NCBI GenBank assembly: GCA_947307255.1
Contig: CAMZIO010000003.1
Span: 7,428 to 71,427, forward strand
From: an uncultured Clostridia bacterium
GTDB lineage: Bacteria; Bacillota; Clostridia; Oscillospirales; Oscillospiraceae
Direction: 5' to 3'
Length of the DNA stretch: 64,000 bases
Position 1 is the first letter of the stretch; each line of letters starts with the position of its first letter. The position numbers and the translations under genes are program-made. This document shows positions 29,792 to 39,493 of this stretch, piece after piece. A model generated the notes under the pieces. That model made no database searches. It saw only the letters and a list, made by a program, of their open reading frames with translations, and was not told where the DNA came from.

Positions 29792-30559
29792 ATGTGTAAA
29801 GTTGACCTCAACAGCGACCTTGGCGAGAGCTTTGGCAACTATACCATCGGATTGGATAACGAAGTGATCGCCCATATTTCCTCAGCAAACATAGCCTGCG
29901 GCTTCCACGCGGGGGATCCCCTGGTGATGGATCGGACCATCATCGAGGCAAGGAATGCGGGCGTAGCCGTCGGCGCGCATCCGGGATTCCCCGATCTGAT
30001 GGGGTTTGGACGGCGCAATATGGCCTGTTCTCCGAAGGAGGCGAAGGCGTACGTCAAGTATCAGCTTGGTGCGCTGATGGCCTTTACCAAGGCGAACGGC
30101 GTTAAGCTCCAGCACTGTAAGCCGCACGGCGCACTCTACAACATGGCGGCGAAAGACATGGATCTCGCACTGGCGATGGCGGAAGCTGTCGCGGAGGTGG
30201 ATCCGAGCATCATTTTCCTCGCTCTTGCCAACAGCAAGATGGTCGACGCGGCGAAGCGGGTCGGCCTGCGCGTCGCCAGCGAGGTGTTTGCAGACCGCGC
30301 CTATCAGGCGGACGGGACGCTGGCGCCGCGCAAACAGTCCGGCGCGGTGATCCACGATACGGACGTTGCTATCGCGCGGACGATCCGCATGGTCAAGGAG
30401 GGCAAGGTTACCGCCATCACCGGAGAAGAGGTAACGCTGCAGGCGGATTCGATCTGCGTTCACGGCGACAATCCCTCGGCGGTGGAGTTCGTCAAGACCA
30501 TCCGCGCAAAGCTCATGGAGGAGGGCGTAACCATTGCGCCGCTCTCGGAGATCGTATAA
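29792..30559 (+). CDS. pxpA: 5-oxoprolinase subunit A (LamB/YcsF)
   Basis: [37 protein letters not shown]. Confidence 0.95.
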   Translation: MCKVDLNSDLGESFGNYTIGLDNEVIAHISSANIACGFHAGDPLVMDRTIIEARNAGVAVGAHPGFPDLMGFGRRNMACSPKEAKAYVKYQLGALMAFTKANGVKLQHCKPHGALYNMAAKDMDLALAMAEAVAEVDPSIIFLALANSKMVDAAKRVGLRVASEVFADRAYQADGTLAPRKQSGAVIHDTDVAIARTIRMVKEGKVTAITGEEVTLQADSICVHGDNPSAVEFVKTIRAKLMEEGVTIAPLSEIV

Positions 30560-30594
30560 AGGAAACGGGAAACCCTGTGTAAGGAGGAACTGAA

Positions 30595-31836
30595 ATGAGC
30601 AACCAAAACACCGCGAATAAGCGCAGTCTGTCCGTCCTGCTGGGCGCAGCCTTTCTGATGGCGACCTCTGCCATCGGGCCGGGCTTCCTGACGCAGACGT
30701 CGCAGTTTACGGCAAAATATCTTGCATCCTTTGCCTTCGTGATCGTCTGCGTGATTTTGATGGATATGATCGCCCAGACCAACATCTGGTCGATCATCGG
30801 CGCATCCGGTCTGCGCGGGCAGGAGATTGCCAATCGGGTGCTGCCCGGTCTGGGCTATGTGCTGATCGTGCTGGTCGTCATCGGCGGCCTTGCGTTCAAC
30901 ATCGGCAACGTCGGCGGCGTGGCGTTGGGCTTTAACGCCATGGTCGGACTGAATGAAAAGCTCGGCGCGGCGCTCGGCGGCGCGTTGGCGATCTGCATTT
31001 TTCTCTCCAAGGGCGGTAAATCTATCGTCGACCGCTTCGCGCAGATCATGGGTGGTATCATTATCTGCGTCATGCTCTACGTCTGCTTCGCATCCCGGCC
31101 GCCCGTCGGCCAGGCGGTCGTGCATATCTTCACCCCTGAAAATCCCGGCGACCTGTTCGCGCCTATGCTGACCCTGCTGGGCGGCTCCTGCGGCGGTTAC
31201 ATCACCTTCTCCGGCGCGCACCGCCTGCTGGACGCGGGCTACGGCGGCAAGAAGAGCGAGGTCAGCCACTTCCGCAAGTCCGTTCTGACCGGTATCGGCG
31301 TGTCCGGCACCGTGCGTATCCTGCTGTTCCTCTGCGTCCTCGGCGTTTGCACGGTCGGAACGGTCGCAAACCAGGCGCATATCACCGCGGTTACGTCCGC
31401 GGCCAACCCCGCCGCGGAGGCGTTCCGCCTCGCCGCCGGCACGCTGGGCTACAAGCTATTCGGCCTTGCGCTCTTTGCCGCCGGCGTTACGTCGGTCATC
31501 GGCGCGGCGTACACCTCCGTTTCGTTCCTCAAGACGGTGCATCCGTTCATTGCAAAAAACGAAAGATGGTTCATTACGGGCTTTATCGCGTTCTCTACGC
31601 TGGTCATGGTTGTGCTCGGCGGCGCGAAGAAGATGGTCATTCTCGCGGGCGCGGTCAACGGTTTGATCCTGCCAATCTCCCTGGGCTGCATATTGCTGGC
31701 GTGCCGCAATAAGAAGATCGTGGGCGAGGAATATAAGCATCCCGTCTGGATGCAGGTGCTCGGATGGCTCGTTGCGCTGCTCGCCGCCTGGCTTGCCGTA
31801 AAGGCGCTTCCGGGCCTCAAGAACCTGTTCATCTGA
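30595..31836 (+). CDS. YcsG-like NRAMP-superfamily transporter
   Basis: LLGAAFLMATSAIGPGFLTQT, AFNIGN, GGYITFSGAHRLLD; operon context. Confidence 0.88.
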   Translation: MSNQNTANKRSLSVLLGAAFLMATSAIGPGFLTQTSQFTAKYLASFAFVIVCVILMDMIAQTNIWSIIGASGLRGQEIANRVLPGLGYVLIVLVVIGGLAFNIGNVGGVALGFNAMVGLNEKLGAALGGALAICIFLSKGGKSIVDRFAQIMGGIIICVMLYVCFASRPPVGQAVVHIFTPENPGDLFAPMLTLLGGSCGGYITFSGAHRLLDAGYGGKKSEVSHFRKSVLTGIGVSGTVRILLFLCVLGVCTVGTVANQAHITAVTSAANPAAEAFRLAAGTLGYKLFGLALFAAGVTSVIGAAYTSVSFLKTVHPFIAKNERWFITGFIAFSTLVMVVLGGAKKMVILAGAVNGLILPISLGCILLACRNKKIVGEEYKHPVWMQVLGWLVALLAAWLAVKALPGLKNLFI

Positions 31837-31896
31837 TACGATGCCCAACAGCGGCTCGTGTAAGCGGGCCGCCGCTGCAAAAGGAGAATAGATGCT

Positions 31897-32640
31897 ATGC
31901 CTACTGTAAGATTTCTTTTGACCGGCGATACCTCGCTGAGCGTGGAGTTCGGCAACGAAATCAGCGAGGAGATCAACGCACAGATCCGCGCGTTTGTCAT
32001 CGCCCTGGAAAAGAGCGATATTCCCGGCCTGATCGAGCTGGTGCCGACTTACCGGGCCTGCATGGTCCATTACGACCCGGGCGTTATCACTTACGCGGCG
32101 CTGACGAAGCGGCTGGCGGGCGTACTGGACCGCCTCGATTCCATCGTAATCCCGCCCAGCGACGTGCTGGAAATTCCGGTGCTATACGGCGGAGAGGAGA
32201 TGGGGCCTGACCTTGCGTTCGTTGCGGCGCACGCGGGGCTCTCTGAGCAGGAGGTCGTGAATATTCACACCGCTACGGAGTATCTCATCTATATGCTTGG
32301 TTTTACGCCCGGCTTTACTTACCTCGGCGGAATGAGCGAACGGATCGCCGCACCGCGCCTTCCGCAGCCCCGCGTCAGGATTCCTGCCGGGTCTGTGGGG
32401 ATTGCCGGTAAGCAGACCGGCGTCTATCCCATCGACTCACCGGGCGGCTGGCAGTTGATCGGGCGCACACCGGTAAAGATGTACGACCCGAACCGCGAAA
32501 CGCCGATCCTGCCGAAGGCGGGACAGTATATCAGGTTCCGCGCCGTTGATCGCGCGGAATACGACGAGATTGCTGCCGCGGCAGAGAAGGGCGAATACGT
32601 TTGCCGGATCTATCCGAGAGACAAGGAGGCAGCAAAATGA
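31897..32640 (+). CDS. pxpB: 5-oxoprolinase subunit B (KipI)
   Basis: IPVLYGG...GPDL, LGFTPGFTYL, AGKQTGVYPIDSPGGWQLIGRT. Confidence 0.95.
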   Translation: MPTVRFLLTGDTSLSVEFGNEISEEINAQIRAFVIALEKSDIPGLIELVPTYRACMVHYDPGVITYAALTKRLAGVLDRLDSIVIPPSDVLEIPVLYGGEEMGPDLAFVAAHAGLSEQEVVNIHTATEYLIYMLGFTPGFTYLGGMSERIAAPRLPQPRVRIPAGSVGIAGKQTGVYPIDSPGGWQLIGRTPVKMYDPNRETPILPKAGQYIRFRAVDRAEYDEIAAAAEKGEYVCRIYPRDKEAAK

Positions 32641-33635
32641 GCGTTACCGTACAAAATTCCGGTCTGCTGACCTCGGTGCAGGACGGCGGACGCATCGGAT
32701 ATCAGCAGTTCGGCGTATCGGTTTCCGGCGTGATGGATCCGCGCGCGATGAAAGTCGCCAACATTCTTGTCGGCAACGAGGAAAACGAAGCGGTGCTGGA
32801 ATGCACGATGCTGGGGCCGCAGCTGCACTTCGACGCGGACAACGTCATCGCCATCACCGGCGGCGATCTCGGGCCGACGCTGGATCATCAGCCGGTGGAG
32901 AATTACGCCGCATTCGTCGTGCGTGCGGGGCAGACGCTCCGCTTCACCGCTCTGCGCTCCGGCTGCCGCGCGTATATTGCCTTCGCCGGCGGATTGGACG
33001 TTCCGCTGGTGATGGGCAGCCGTTCGACCTACATGAAAGCGGGGATCGGTGGAGTGGAGGGCCGCAAGCTGCAAAAAGACGACGTGATCGGGTTTCGCGC
33101 GCCCAATCCCGACGTGTGCAACCTGGCGCAGCGGCGCGTCGCGCCGGAGGTTGTGCCGCAGCGGGAATTCACCGTGCGCGTGCTGCTGGGCCCGCAGGAT
33201 GATCTGTTTACAGACGGCGGTATCCGGACCTTCCTCAGCGAGACGTATACCGTAACCAACGAGTTCGACCGCATGGGCTGCCGGATGGACGGCCCGGTCA
33301 TCGAGCATAAGAACGGCGGCGATATTATCTCGGACGGCATTGCCTTCGGCGCGATTCAGGTGCCGGGCGCCGGTAAGCCGATCATCATGCTTGCCGACCG
33401 TCAGACCACGGGCGGCTACACGAAGATTGCCAACGTCATTACGGTGGACTATCCCATCATCGGACAGCTCAAGGGCGGCGATAGGGTGCGCTTCGTCGAG
33501 ACGAGTATTGAAGCGGCACAGGGGGAGCTGCTCGCCGAGCGCGCGGCGCTCCAGAAGCTCAAAACCGCCCTCGGCCCTGCCCGCAAGCGGGAGAAAAAGC
33601 TGTTTGGCTTGTTTGGAAGAAAGAAGGAGGCGTAA
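32637..33635 (+). CDS. pxpC: 5-oxoprolinase subunit C (KipA)
   Basis: TSVQDGGR, DRMG, GAIQVP, ADRQTTGGYTKI; ATGA overlap with pxpB. Confidence 0.94.
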   Translation: MSVTVQNSGLLTSVQDGGRIGYQQFGVSVSGVMDPRAMKVANILVGNEENEAVLECTMLGPQLHFDADNVIAITGGDLGPTLDHQPVENYAAFVVRAGQTLRFTALRSGCRAYIAFAGGLDVPLVMGSRSTYMKAGIGGVEGRKLQKDDVIGFRAPNPDVCNLAQRRVAPEVVPQREFTVRVLLGPQDDLFTDGGIRTFLSETYTVTNEFDRMGCRMDGPVIEHKNGGDIISDGIAFGAIQVPGAGKPIIMLADRQTTGGYTKIANVITVDYPIIGQLKGGDRVRFVETSIEAAQGELLAERAALQKLKTALGPARKREKKLFGLFGRKKEA

Positions 33636-33638
33636 CCC

Positions 33639-34466
33639 ATGGCGTTCGATATCACTCCGTATATCAACCGAAAACCGTCTGAGGTGCGCGCACTGATCCG
33701 TGAGGGGAAGATCGACTTTCCGACTGCCGGGATGTGCGCGGGCTATGCACAGGCAAATCTGGTTATTCTTCCGCCGGAGTATGCCGAAGACTTTGCAGAG
33801 TATGCCAGGCGCAATCCCTACCCATGCCCGATCCTGGAAATTGTCAGGGGGAAGGAGCCGCTGACACACGCCATGGGCGAGGGCGCCAATATCTGCACCG
33901 ATATTCCGCGTTACCGCGTCTATGAAAACGGCGTGTTCACCAGGGAGTTGACCGACGCCAGCGAATACTGGCGGGAGGGTTACGTCGGCTTTTTGATTGG
34001 CTGTTCGTTCTCTTTTGAGGAAGCACTGCTGCGTGAGGGAATTGAAGTGCGGCACATTACGCAGGGGCGTAACGTGCCGATGTACAAGGTCGAGCTGTTT
34101 CAAACCAGACCGGCCGGGCCGTTCCGGGGGCCGATGGTCTGCTCCATGCGGCCGATGACGCCGGCGAGGGCGAAGCGCGCCTATGAGATCACGGCCAAGA
34201 TGCCGAACGTACACGGTGCGCCCGTCCACATGGGACCTGCGGAAGCCATCGGCATTCGGGACGTGATGAAGCCCGATTACGGCGAGGCGGTGGATATCTA
34301 TCCCGGAGAGATACCCGTGTTCTGGCCCTGCGGCGTTACGCCGCAGGCGGCGGTGGAGAATGCCAGACCGCCGATCGTCATCACCCATGCGCCGGGGCAT
34401 ATGTTTATCACGGATATCCTCAACGCAGAGTTGAACGACTATCTGGAAGCGCAAAAGAAACCGTGA
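33639..34466 (+). CDS. YcsI/DUF1445 putative hydro-lyase (D-glutamate cyclase-like)
   Basis: QANLVILP, TDIPRYRVY, GCSFSFE, VHGAPVH, PVFWPCGVTPQ, THAPGHMFITD. Confidence 0.9.
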   Translation: MAFDITPYINRKPSEVRALIREGKIDFPTAGMCAGYAQANLVILPPEYAEDFAEYARRNPYPCPILEIVRGKEPLTHAMGEGANICTDIPRYRVYENGVFTRELTDASEYWREGYVGFLIGCSFSFEEALLREGIEVRHITQGRNVPMYKVELFQTRPAGPFRGPMVCSMRPMTPARAKRAYEITAKMPNVHGAPVHMGPAEAIGIRDVMKPDYGEAVDIYPGEIPVFWPCGVTPQAAVENARPPIVITHAPGHMFITDILNAELNDYLEAQKKP

Positions 34467-34482
34467 GGCGAAACCGGATGGA

Positions 34483-34520
34483 AAAAGGAGACGACAGGCG
34501 TCTGCCCGTCGTCTCCTTTT
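34483..34520 (+). terminator. Terminator of the pxp operon
   Basis: AAAAGGAGACGAC/GTCGTCTCCTTTT. Confidence 0.8.
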
Positions 34521-34588
34521 GCACTAGCCGAACGGGGTGTTTTGCATTGCGCCCGGCCGCCGAATCGAATCGAACGCTCTGCACGCGG

Positions 34589-34660
34589 CAAGAGGCCGTG
34601 GGCTCACTCCATTCGGGATAACAAAAAATGCCGATCTCCGTTCGGAAATCGGCATTTTGT
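34589..34660 (+). repeat. Inverted degenerate copy of the tRNA-Pro 3' half plus terminator hairpin
   Basis: CAAGAGGCCGTG (34589-34600) is identical to the tRNA sense sequence, then gGcTCA..CCAtTCGG; hairpin AAAATGCCGAT/ATCGGCATTTT follows. Confidence 0.55.
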
Positions 34661-34836
34661 ACCAACCGAATAAAGCGCCTGTACTTATGCAGCGCACTGC
34701 TGCGCGGAAAAGAAGGAAGCTGCCCCGCGACCGAGCGGAGGCGACGGGAGCCGCGCGTCAGCGCGTCTTGGAATCACAGCACGCGAAGCGTGCCGCCAGA
34801 CAAAAAACGACAGGTCGAAACCTGTCGCTTTTTGTC

Positions 34837-34912
34837 TGGTCCGAGTGGCGAGACTTGAACTCACGGCCTCTTGACCCCCAGTCAAGCGCGCTACCAACTG
34901 CGCCACACCCGG
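34837..34912 (-). tRNA. tRNA-Pro (anticodon GGG)
   Basis: 76 nt cloverleaf CCGGGTG...CTTGA-CTGGGGG-TCAAG...GTTCAAGTC...CACTCGG-ACCA. Confidence 0.97.
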
Positions 34913-35113
34913 ATATGCACTTCGCTGTTTCAGCCTAACTAAAATAACACACTTTTATGGGGAATGCAAGCCCCAAAACGAAAAAAGTATAAAAATTTTC
35001 GGGAAAAAATAAAGCTCATGCTTGCAATCACAAAAAACCTGTGGTAATATATAAACCTGTGAGTGTTACGCAAGAAAACTTGCGTGGAAAGAATGAATTG
35101 GAGGTATTCCCTG

Positions 35114-35344
35114 ATGCGTCTGTTTTTAATGATCCTGCAGGTCCTGTGCGGCCTTTTCCTGATCGCTGTCGTGCTGATTCAGTCCGGCAAGTCCGCCGGC
35201 CTTTCCGGTGCAATCGGCGGCGTTGCGGATTCCTTTATGGCGAAAAACAAGGCGAAGTCTTTTGACGCAAAGCTTGCCCGCGCAACAAAGTGGGTCGGCG
35301 CTGCGTTTATTCTGCTGACGCTGCTGTTGAACGTCATAAAGTAA
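35114..35344 (+). CDS. secG: Preprotein translocase subunit SecG
   Basis: VLIQSGKSAGLSGAIGG, two TM helices, GGAGGT RBS. Confidence 0.93.
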   Translation: MRLFLMILQVLCGLFLIAVVLIQSGKSAGLSGAIGGVADSFMAKNKAKSFDAKLARATKWVGAAFILLTLLLNVIK

Positions 35345-35353
35345 AAAACGAAT

Positions 35354-35385
35354 AAAAAAAGCAGACCCGCGGGCCTGCTTTTTTT
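35354..35385. terminator. Terminator after secG
   Basis: AAAAAAAGCAG/CTGCTTTTTTT. Confidence 0.8.
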
Positions 35386-35430
35386 GCGCGCAAAGAGCTG
35401 ACGGATGACTCCGTCAGCTCTTTTCCTGTT

Positions 35431-36834
35431 TTAACTCAAAGTCGTGCCGAAGACGAGGCTGGCCACGAGAATGACGAAAATGGAGATCGGCGCAAAGAAT
35501 CTGACCAGGAAGCGGAAGGGCTTGGCAAGGCCGAACTTGATGCCGTTTTGCTCGATTTCGGCAATGGCGCTTTCGGGCTTCCAGATCCAGCCGACGAAAA
35601 TGCAGCAGCCCAGCGCACCCAGCGGAATCATCAGGCGGTCCGTTAAGAATTCCATGGCGTCGCCAAAAATGGGGAAGGAGACGCCGTTGGCCAGGTCAAA
35701 CCAGACGCCCTTGATGTCAAACGCCGCCTGGGAGCAGGTGTATACGCAGCCGATCAGGAACATAACGCTGCAGGCAATGATCGTGGTGGGCTTGCGCTGC
35801 CAGTGAAAACGCTCGGTCAAAAATGCAACGACACCCTCGATCAGCGAGATGCAGGAGGTCAGCGCCGCAAATAAGAGCAGCAGATAGAAAAGAATTCCGA
35901 AAAATACGCCGCCGGGCATCTGGCGGAACACGCCTGCCAGCGAAGCGAATGCAAATCCGCCGCCCTTGCCCACACCGTCGGCGCCCAGCGTTGCAAACAC
36001 GGCGGGGATGACGATAAAGCCGGCGATCATGGCGACCATGGTATCAGTGATGCAGATAATGACGCTGTTGCGCTCGATATTCTCATCCTTGGAAAGATAC
36101 GAGCCGTAGGTGATCATGATGGCCATGCCGAGGGAAAGCGAATAGAACGCCTGCCCCAGGGCGACGAGCACCGTGTGGAAATTGACCTTGCTCCAATCGA
36201 ACGAGAGCATATACCGCAGACCCTCCTCCGAACCGGGAAGGGTTACGGCGCGGACCAGCAGGATCAGCAGAATGATAAACAGAGCGGGCATGCCGATCTT
36301 GTTGAAGCGCTCGATGCCACTCTCCACGCCGCGGATGATGATGACGGCGTTGAGCGCCATGAAAATGGCGGCAAAGAGGATGGCCGTCCAGGGGAAGAAG
36401 GTCGCACCGGTGGCGGCGTCGTATCCCAGCAGCCCATAGAAGTAGCCCGTGGGATCCGCATAGACGGCCTGCGGCTGCGTGATATAGCTGAAAACGTAGC
36501 GCAACACCCAACCGCCGACGTGCGAGTAGTAGCAGGTAATCAAAAACGCCACGATTGCGCCGAACCAGCCTACCCAGGAAAAGCCCCGGTAGCCAAGCTT
36601 GCGAAACGAATCGACAACGTTTGACTGACTGGCCCGGCCGATCGACAGCTCTGAAATCATAACGGGGATGCCAAGCAGCAGGACGATGGCCAGATAAATC
36701 AGCAAGAAAGCTCCACCGCCGCCCTCGTAGGCCTTGCCCGGAAATTTCCAGATGTTACCCAGCCCGACGGCTGAGCCGGCAGCAGCCAGGATAAAGCCCA
36801 GCTTACTGCCCCATTGTGCGCGTTTGTTGTTCAT
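35431..36834 (-). CDS. NSS/SNF family sodium-dependent transporter
   Basis: GFILAAAGSAVGLGNIWKFP, GQAFYSLSLG, ITYGSY. Confidence 0.95.
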   Translation of the reverse strand: MNNKRAQWGSKLGFILAAAGSAVGLGNIWKFPGKAYEGGGGAFLLIYLAIVLLLGIPVMISELSIGRASQSNVVDSFRKLGYRGFSWVGWFGAIVAFLITCYYSHVGGWVLRYVFSYITQPQAVYADPTGYFYGLLGYDAATGATFFPWTAILFAAIFMALNAVIIIRGVESGIERFNKIGMPALFIILLILLVRAVTLPGSEEGLRYMLSFDWSKVNFHTVLVALGQAFYSLSLGMAIMITYGSYLSKDENIERNSVIICITDTMVAMIAGFIVIPAVFATLGADGVGKGGGFAFASLAGVFRQMPGGVFFGILFYLLLLFAALTSCISLIEGVVAFLTERFHWQRKPTTIIACSVMFLIGCVYTCSQAAFDIKGVWFDLANGVSFPIFGDAMEFLTDRLMIPLGALGCCIFVGWIWKPESAIAEIEQNGIKFGLAKPFRFLVRFFAPISIFVILVASLVFGTTLS

Positions 36835-36937
36835 TGAGGATCACTCTCCTTTGCGGGATTCTTCCGGTCCTCCGGAAATAGAATGCCCACAGTATACATT
36901 TTCTCTTGCGTTTCGTAAAGAGTTATATTACAATTAG

Positions 36938-36960
36938 TACCATGAGAATGTTTCATGGTA
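36938..36960. promoter_or_regulatory. Candidate LysR binding site
   Basis: TACCATGA-N7-TCATGGTA palindrome containing T-N11-A, between the divergent transporter and LysR genes. Confidence 0.65.
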
Positions 36961-36973
36961 AAGGAATGGTAAC

Positions 36974-37858
36974 ATGGAATCGAGGAAGCTGGAGGCCCTT
37001 TTGATGTCGGCAGACCTGGGCAGCTTTACCAAGGCCGCGGAGGTACTGGGCTATACACAGTCGGGATTGACGCACATGATGAACGCACTGGAGCGGGAGA
37101 TAGGCGTCGTGCTGCTGGCGCGCGGGCGGCATGGCGTCAGGCTGACGGAGGAGGGGGAACAGCTTGCGCCCATCATCCGGGAGTTTTTAAAGGTCAACGC
37201 GCAGTTGGACGAGACGATTCTCCGCCTGGCGGCGTCGCGGCGGGAAACGCTGCGCATTGCCGCCTACGCCAGCGTTGCGATGTATTGGCTGCCCAGCATC
37301 CTGCGCAGGTTTCGCGCCGAAAATCCCGGCGTGGAGGTCGATATCCGCATGGCAGACCACGTGGAGACGCCGAGCCGCCTGCTCAGCCAGGGCAAGACGG
37401 ACATCATTTTCGTTACGCATGAGGAGTGCGGAGGGCACGACTGGCTGGCGCTGAAAAACGACACGATCTACGCAGTCCTGCCGCCGGATTATCCGATTGG
37501 GCGGCGCAAGCGTTTCCGGATCCGGGAGTACGAGGGGAAAGAGTTCCTAATGCCCTCGCAGGGCTTTGACAAGCTGATTCTGGATATCTTCGCCCGGCAG
37601 GGCGTGCACCCGGTGATTCACTCGGCTGCGGTGGATGATGCTATCGTCGTGAGCATGGTGGAGCAGGGCCTTGGGCTGACGATGATGACGGAGCTGATTC
37701 TGCGCGGCCGCACGGAGCGGGTGCAGGCGCTGCCGCTGGAACCGCATATGTCCCGTGAGTTGGGGCTGGCCGTGCGTTCGCTGGCGGACGCCCCCGCCTC
37801 CGTGAAAAAATTCATCGCCTGCACGCAGAGCCTGATAGATGAATTGCCGCCGAATTGA
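36974..37858 (+). CDS. LysR family regulator
   Basis: GSFTKAAEVLGYTQSGLTHMMNALERE HTH plus substrate-binding domain. Confidence 0.95.
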   Translation: MESRKLEALLMSADLGSFTKAAEVLGYTQSGLTHMMNALEREIGVVLLARGRHGVRLTEEGEQLAPIIREFLKVNAQLDETILRLAASRRETLRIAAYASVAMYWLPSILRRFRAENPGVEVDIRMADHVETPSRLLSQGKTDIIFVTHEECGGHDWLALKNDTIYAVLPPDYPIGRRKRFRIREYEGKEFLMPSQGFDKLILDIFARQGVHPVIHSAAVDDAIVVSMVEQGLGLTMMTELILRGRTERVQALPLEPHMSRELGLAVRSLADAPASVKKFIACTQSLIDELPPN

Positions 37859-37950
37859 GAAGTGGGGCGGATTTGCACGGATTCCCCCTTGCAACCGTGT
37901 GAAAAAAAGGTACAATAGAGCTATCAGATTTTTTGATCAAAGAGGTTTGT

Positions 37951-39351
37951 ATGCTTACGTTTACTCCCGTTACGCAGCGCGCGCTCGCGCGCCTGCGGCG
38001 ATACTATCAAAACTGCAACTATCACCTGTGCGAATACGCTGCGGGGACCAAGCTGATGTGGCGCAACTATCTGCACCCGCAGTTTGCCGAGGCAAAGGGT
38101 TGCCTGATCGTAAAAAATCAGATCGAGGGAAAGTGGCGATTCGACTTTCCGGTCCCCGGCGCGGCGGGCGACGTGGACGCGGCGCTCGGAGAAATAGAGG
38201 CGTACTGCGTGCAGACCGGCATTCCGCTGTCGATTTGCCTGGTGCCGGAGGAGAAAGCAGCGGATATCGTTACGCGCTATCCCTATTTGCAGATGGCGAA
38301 TTACCGCGCCTGGTGGGACTATCTCTACGAGGCGGAGGATCTGCGCGAGTTTCCGGGGCGGCGTTACTCCGGCCAGCGCAACCACGTCAACAAGTTCCGC
38401 AAGCTCTATCCCGACGCGCAGTTTCGGCCGCTTACGGGCGCGGACAGCGCGCTGATCGAGCGGTTTTGGCAGGACTATGAGGCGGTGTTTACCAAGACCT
38501 CCGCGTCGGCAAAGCAGGAGCTGATGCTGGCGAAAAAGATGCTGCGTCTGGCGGACAAGCCGTATTTCCACGTCGGCGGCATGGAGCAGGACGGGCGCTT
38601 GCTCTCGCTGTCGCTGGGAGAGCGCTGCGGCGATATGCTGATCATTCACATCGAAAAGGCGCTCTACGGGTATGAAGGCGTCTATCCCGCCACGGTGCAG
38701 GCGTTTGCGCGGCACTTTGCGGTCAACGGCGTGCGCTGTATCAACCGCGAGGACGACGCAGGGGACCGCGGTCTGCGCACCTCAAAGCTGCAGTATCTGC
38801 CGAGCCGGCTCGGCGCGAAATACTGCTTTGATATCCGCAACGAGCTCTGCGCCCTCAGCGAGATCCCCGTGCTGCGCGCGGAGCGGCTGACGCTTTCGGC
38901 ATTTACCGAGGCGGATCGGGCGGCCTACAACGCACTGTGCCTGGATGACGAGCGGAACCGCTGGTGGGGCTACGATTACCGCGACGACCTTAAGGGCGAG
39001 CTGACGGAAAACTACTTTCTGGACGTTACGCGGCACGATTTTGCGCACAAGCTGGCGGTCAACTTTGCCGTCCGGCTGGACGGCAAGTGCATCGGCGAGG
39101 CGGTGCTCTACCGGTTTGACAGCCGCGGCGGGGCGGAGCTTGGCTGCCGCATCGCGCCGGAGTATGCGCACAACGGCTACGGGACGGAGGCGTTCCGCAC
39201 CGTGGCGGAGTGGGGGCTGTACCGGCTGCATCTGCGCCACGTAGTCGCCAAGTGCTACAAGGAAAACCTCGCGTCCTACCGGATGCTCGCGTCCTGTATG
39301 CGGAGGACCGGCGAGGACGAGACGTTCTACTATTTCAATAAGGAAGTGTGA
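37951..39351 (+). CDS. DUF2156 (aminoacyl-transferase-like) domain fused to a RimJ/RimL GNAT domain
   Basis: DYLY..L..G.RY..QRNHVNKF, IHIEKA, INREDDAGDRGLRTSKLQY; C-terminal ELGCRIAPEYAHNGYGTEA...ENLAS. Confidence 0.85.
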   Translation: MLTFTPVTQRALARLRRYYQNCNYHLCEYAAGTKLMWRNYLHPQFAEAKGCLIVKNQIEGKWRFDFPVPGAAGDVDAALGEIEAYCVQTGIPLSICLVPEEKAADIVTRYPYLQMANYRAWWDYLYEAEDLREFPGRRYSGQRNHVNKFRKLYPDAQFRPLTGADSALIERFWQDYEAVFTKTSASAKQELMLAKKMLRLADKPYFHVGGMEQDGRLLSLSLGERCGDMLIIHIEKALYGYEGVYPATVQAFARHFAVNGVRCINREDDAGDRGLRTSKLQYLPSRLGAKYCFDIRNELCALSEIPVLRAERLTLSAFTEADRAAYNALCLDDERNRWWGYDYRDDLKGELTENYFLDVTRHDFAHKLAVNFAVRLDGKCIGEAVLYRFDSRGGAELGCRIAPEYAHNGYGTEAFRTVAEWGLYRLHLRHVVAKCYKENLASYRMLASCMRRTGEDETFYYFNKEV

Positions 39352-39436
39352 GGCGGAGCCTTCGAGTGGACAGCGCGCAGGGAAGCGCCGCGAAAGCGGC
39401 GCTTCCCTTTTTTGCAGGGCAGAACCGAACCGGGAT

Positions 39437-39471
39437 AAAAAAACTCCGTTCCGAAAGGAACGGAGTTTTTT
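39437..39471. terminator. Bidirectional terminator
   Basis: AAAAAAACTCCGTTCC-GAAA-GGAACGGAGTTTTTT. Confidence 0.9.
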
Positions 39472-39493
39472 GTTGAGTTCTGGAGACCTTCGA

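Noticed and set aside
34561-34575. CGAATCGAATCGAAC micro-repeat as a CRISPR or VNTR
   Set aside because: Only three 5 nt units and no spacers; no repeat-spacer array or cas gene anywhere in the window
17687-34837. One genomic island integrated at tRNA-Pro
   Set aside because: No direct att repeat or integrase found; the block contains sporulation genes and mostly obeys host GTSAC avoidance
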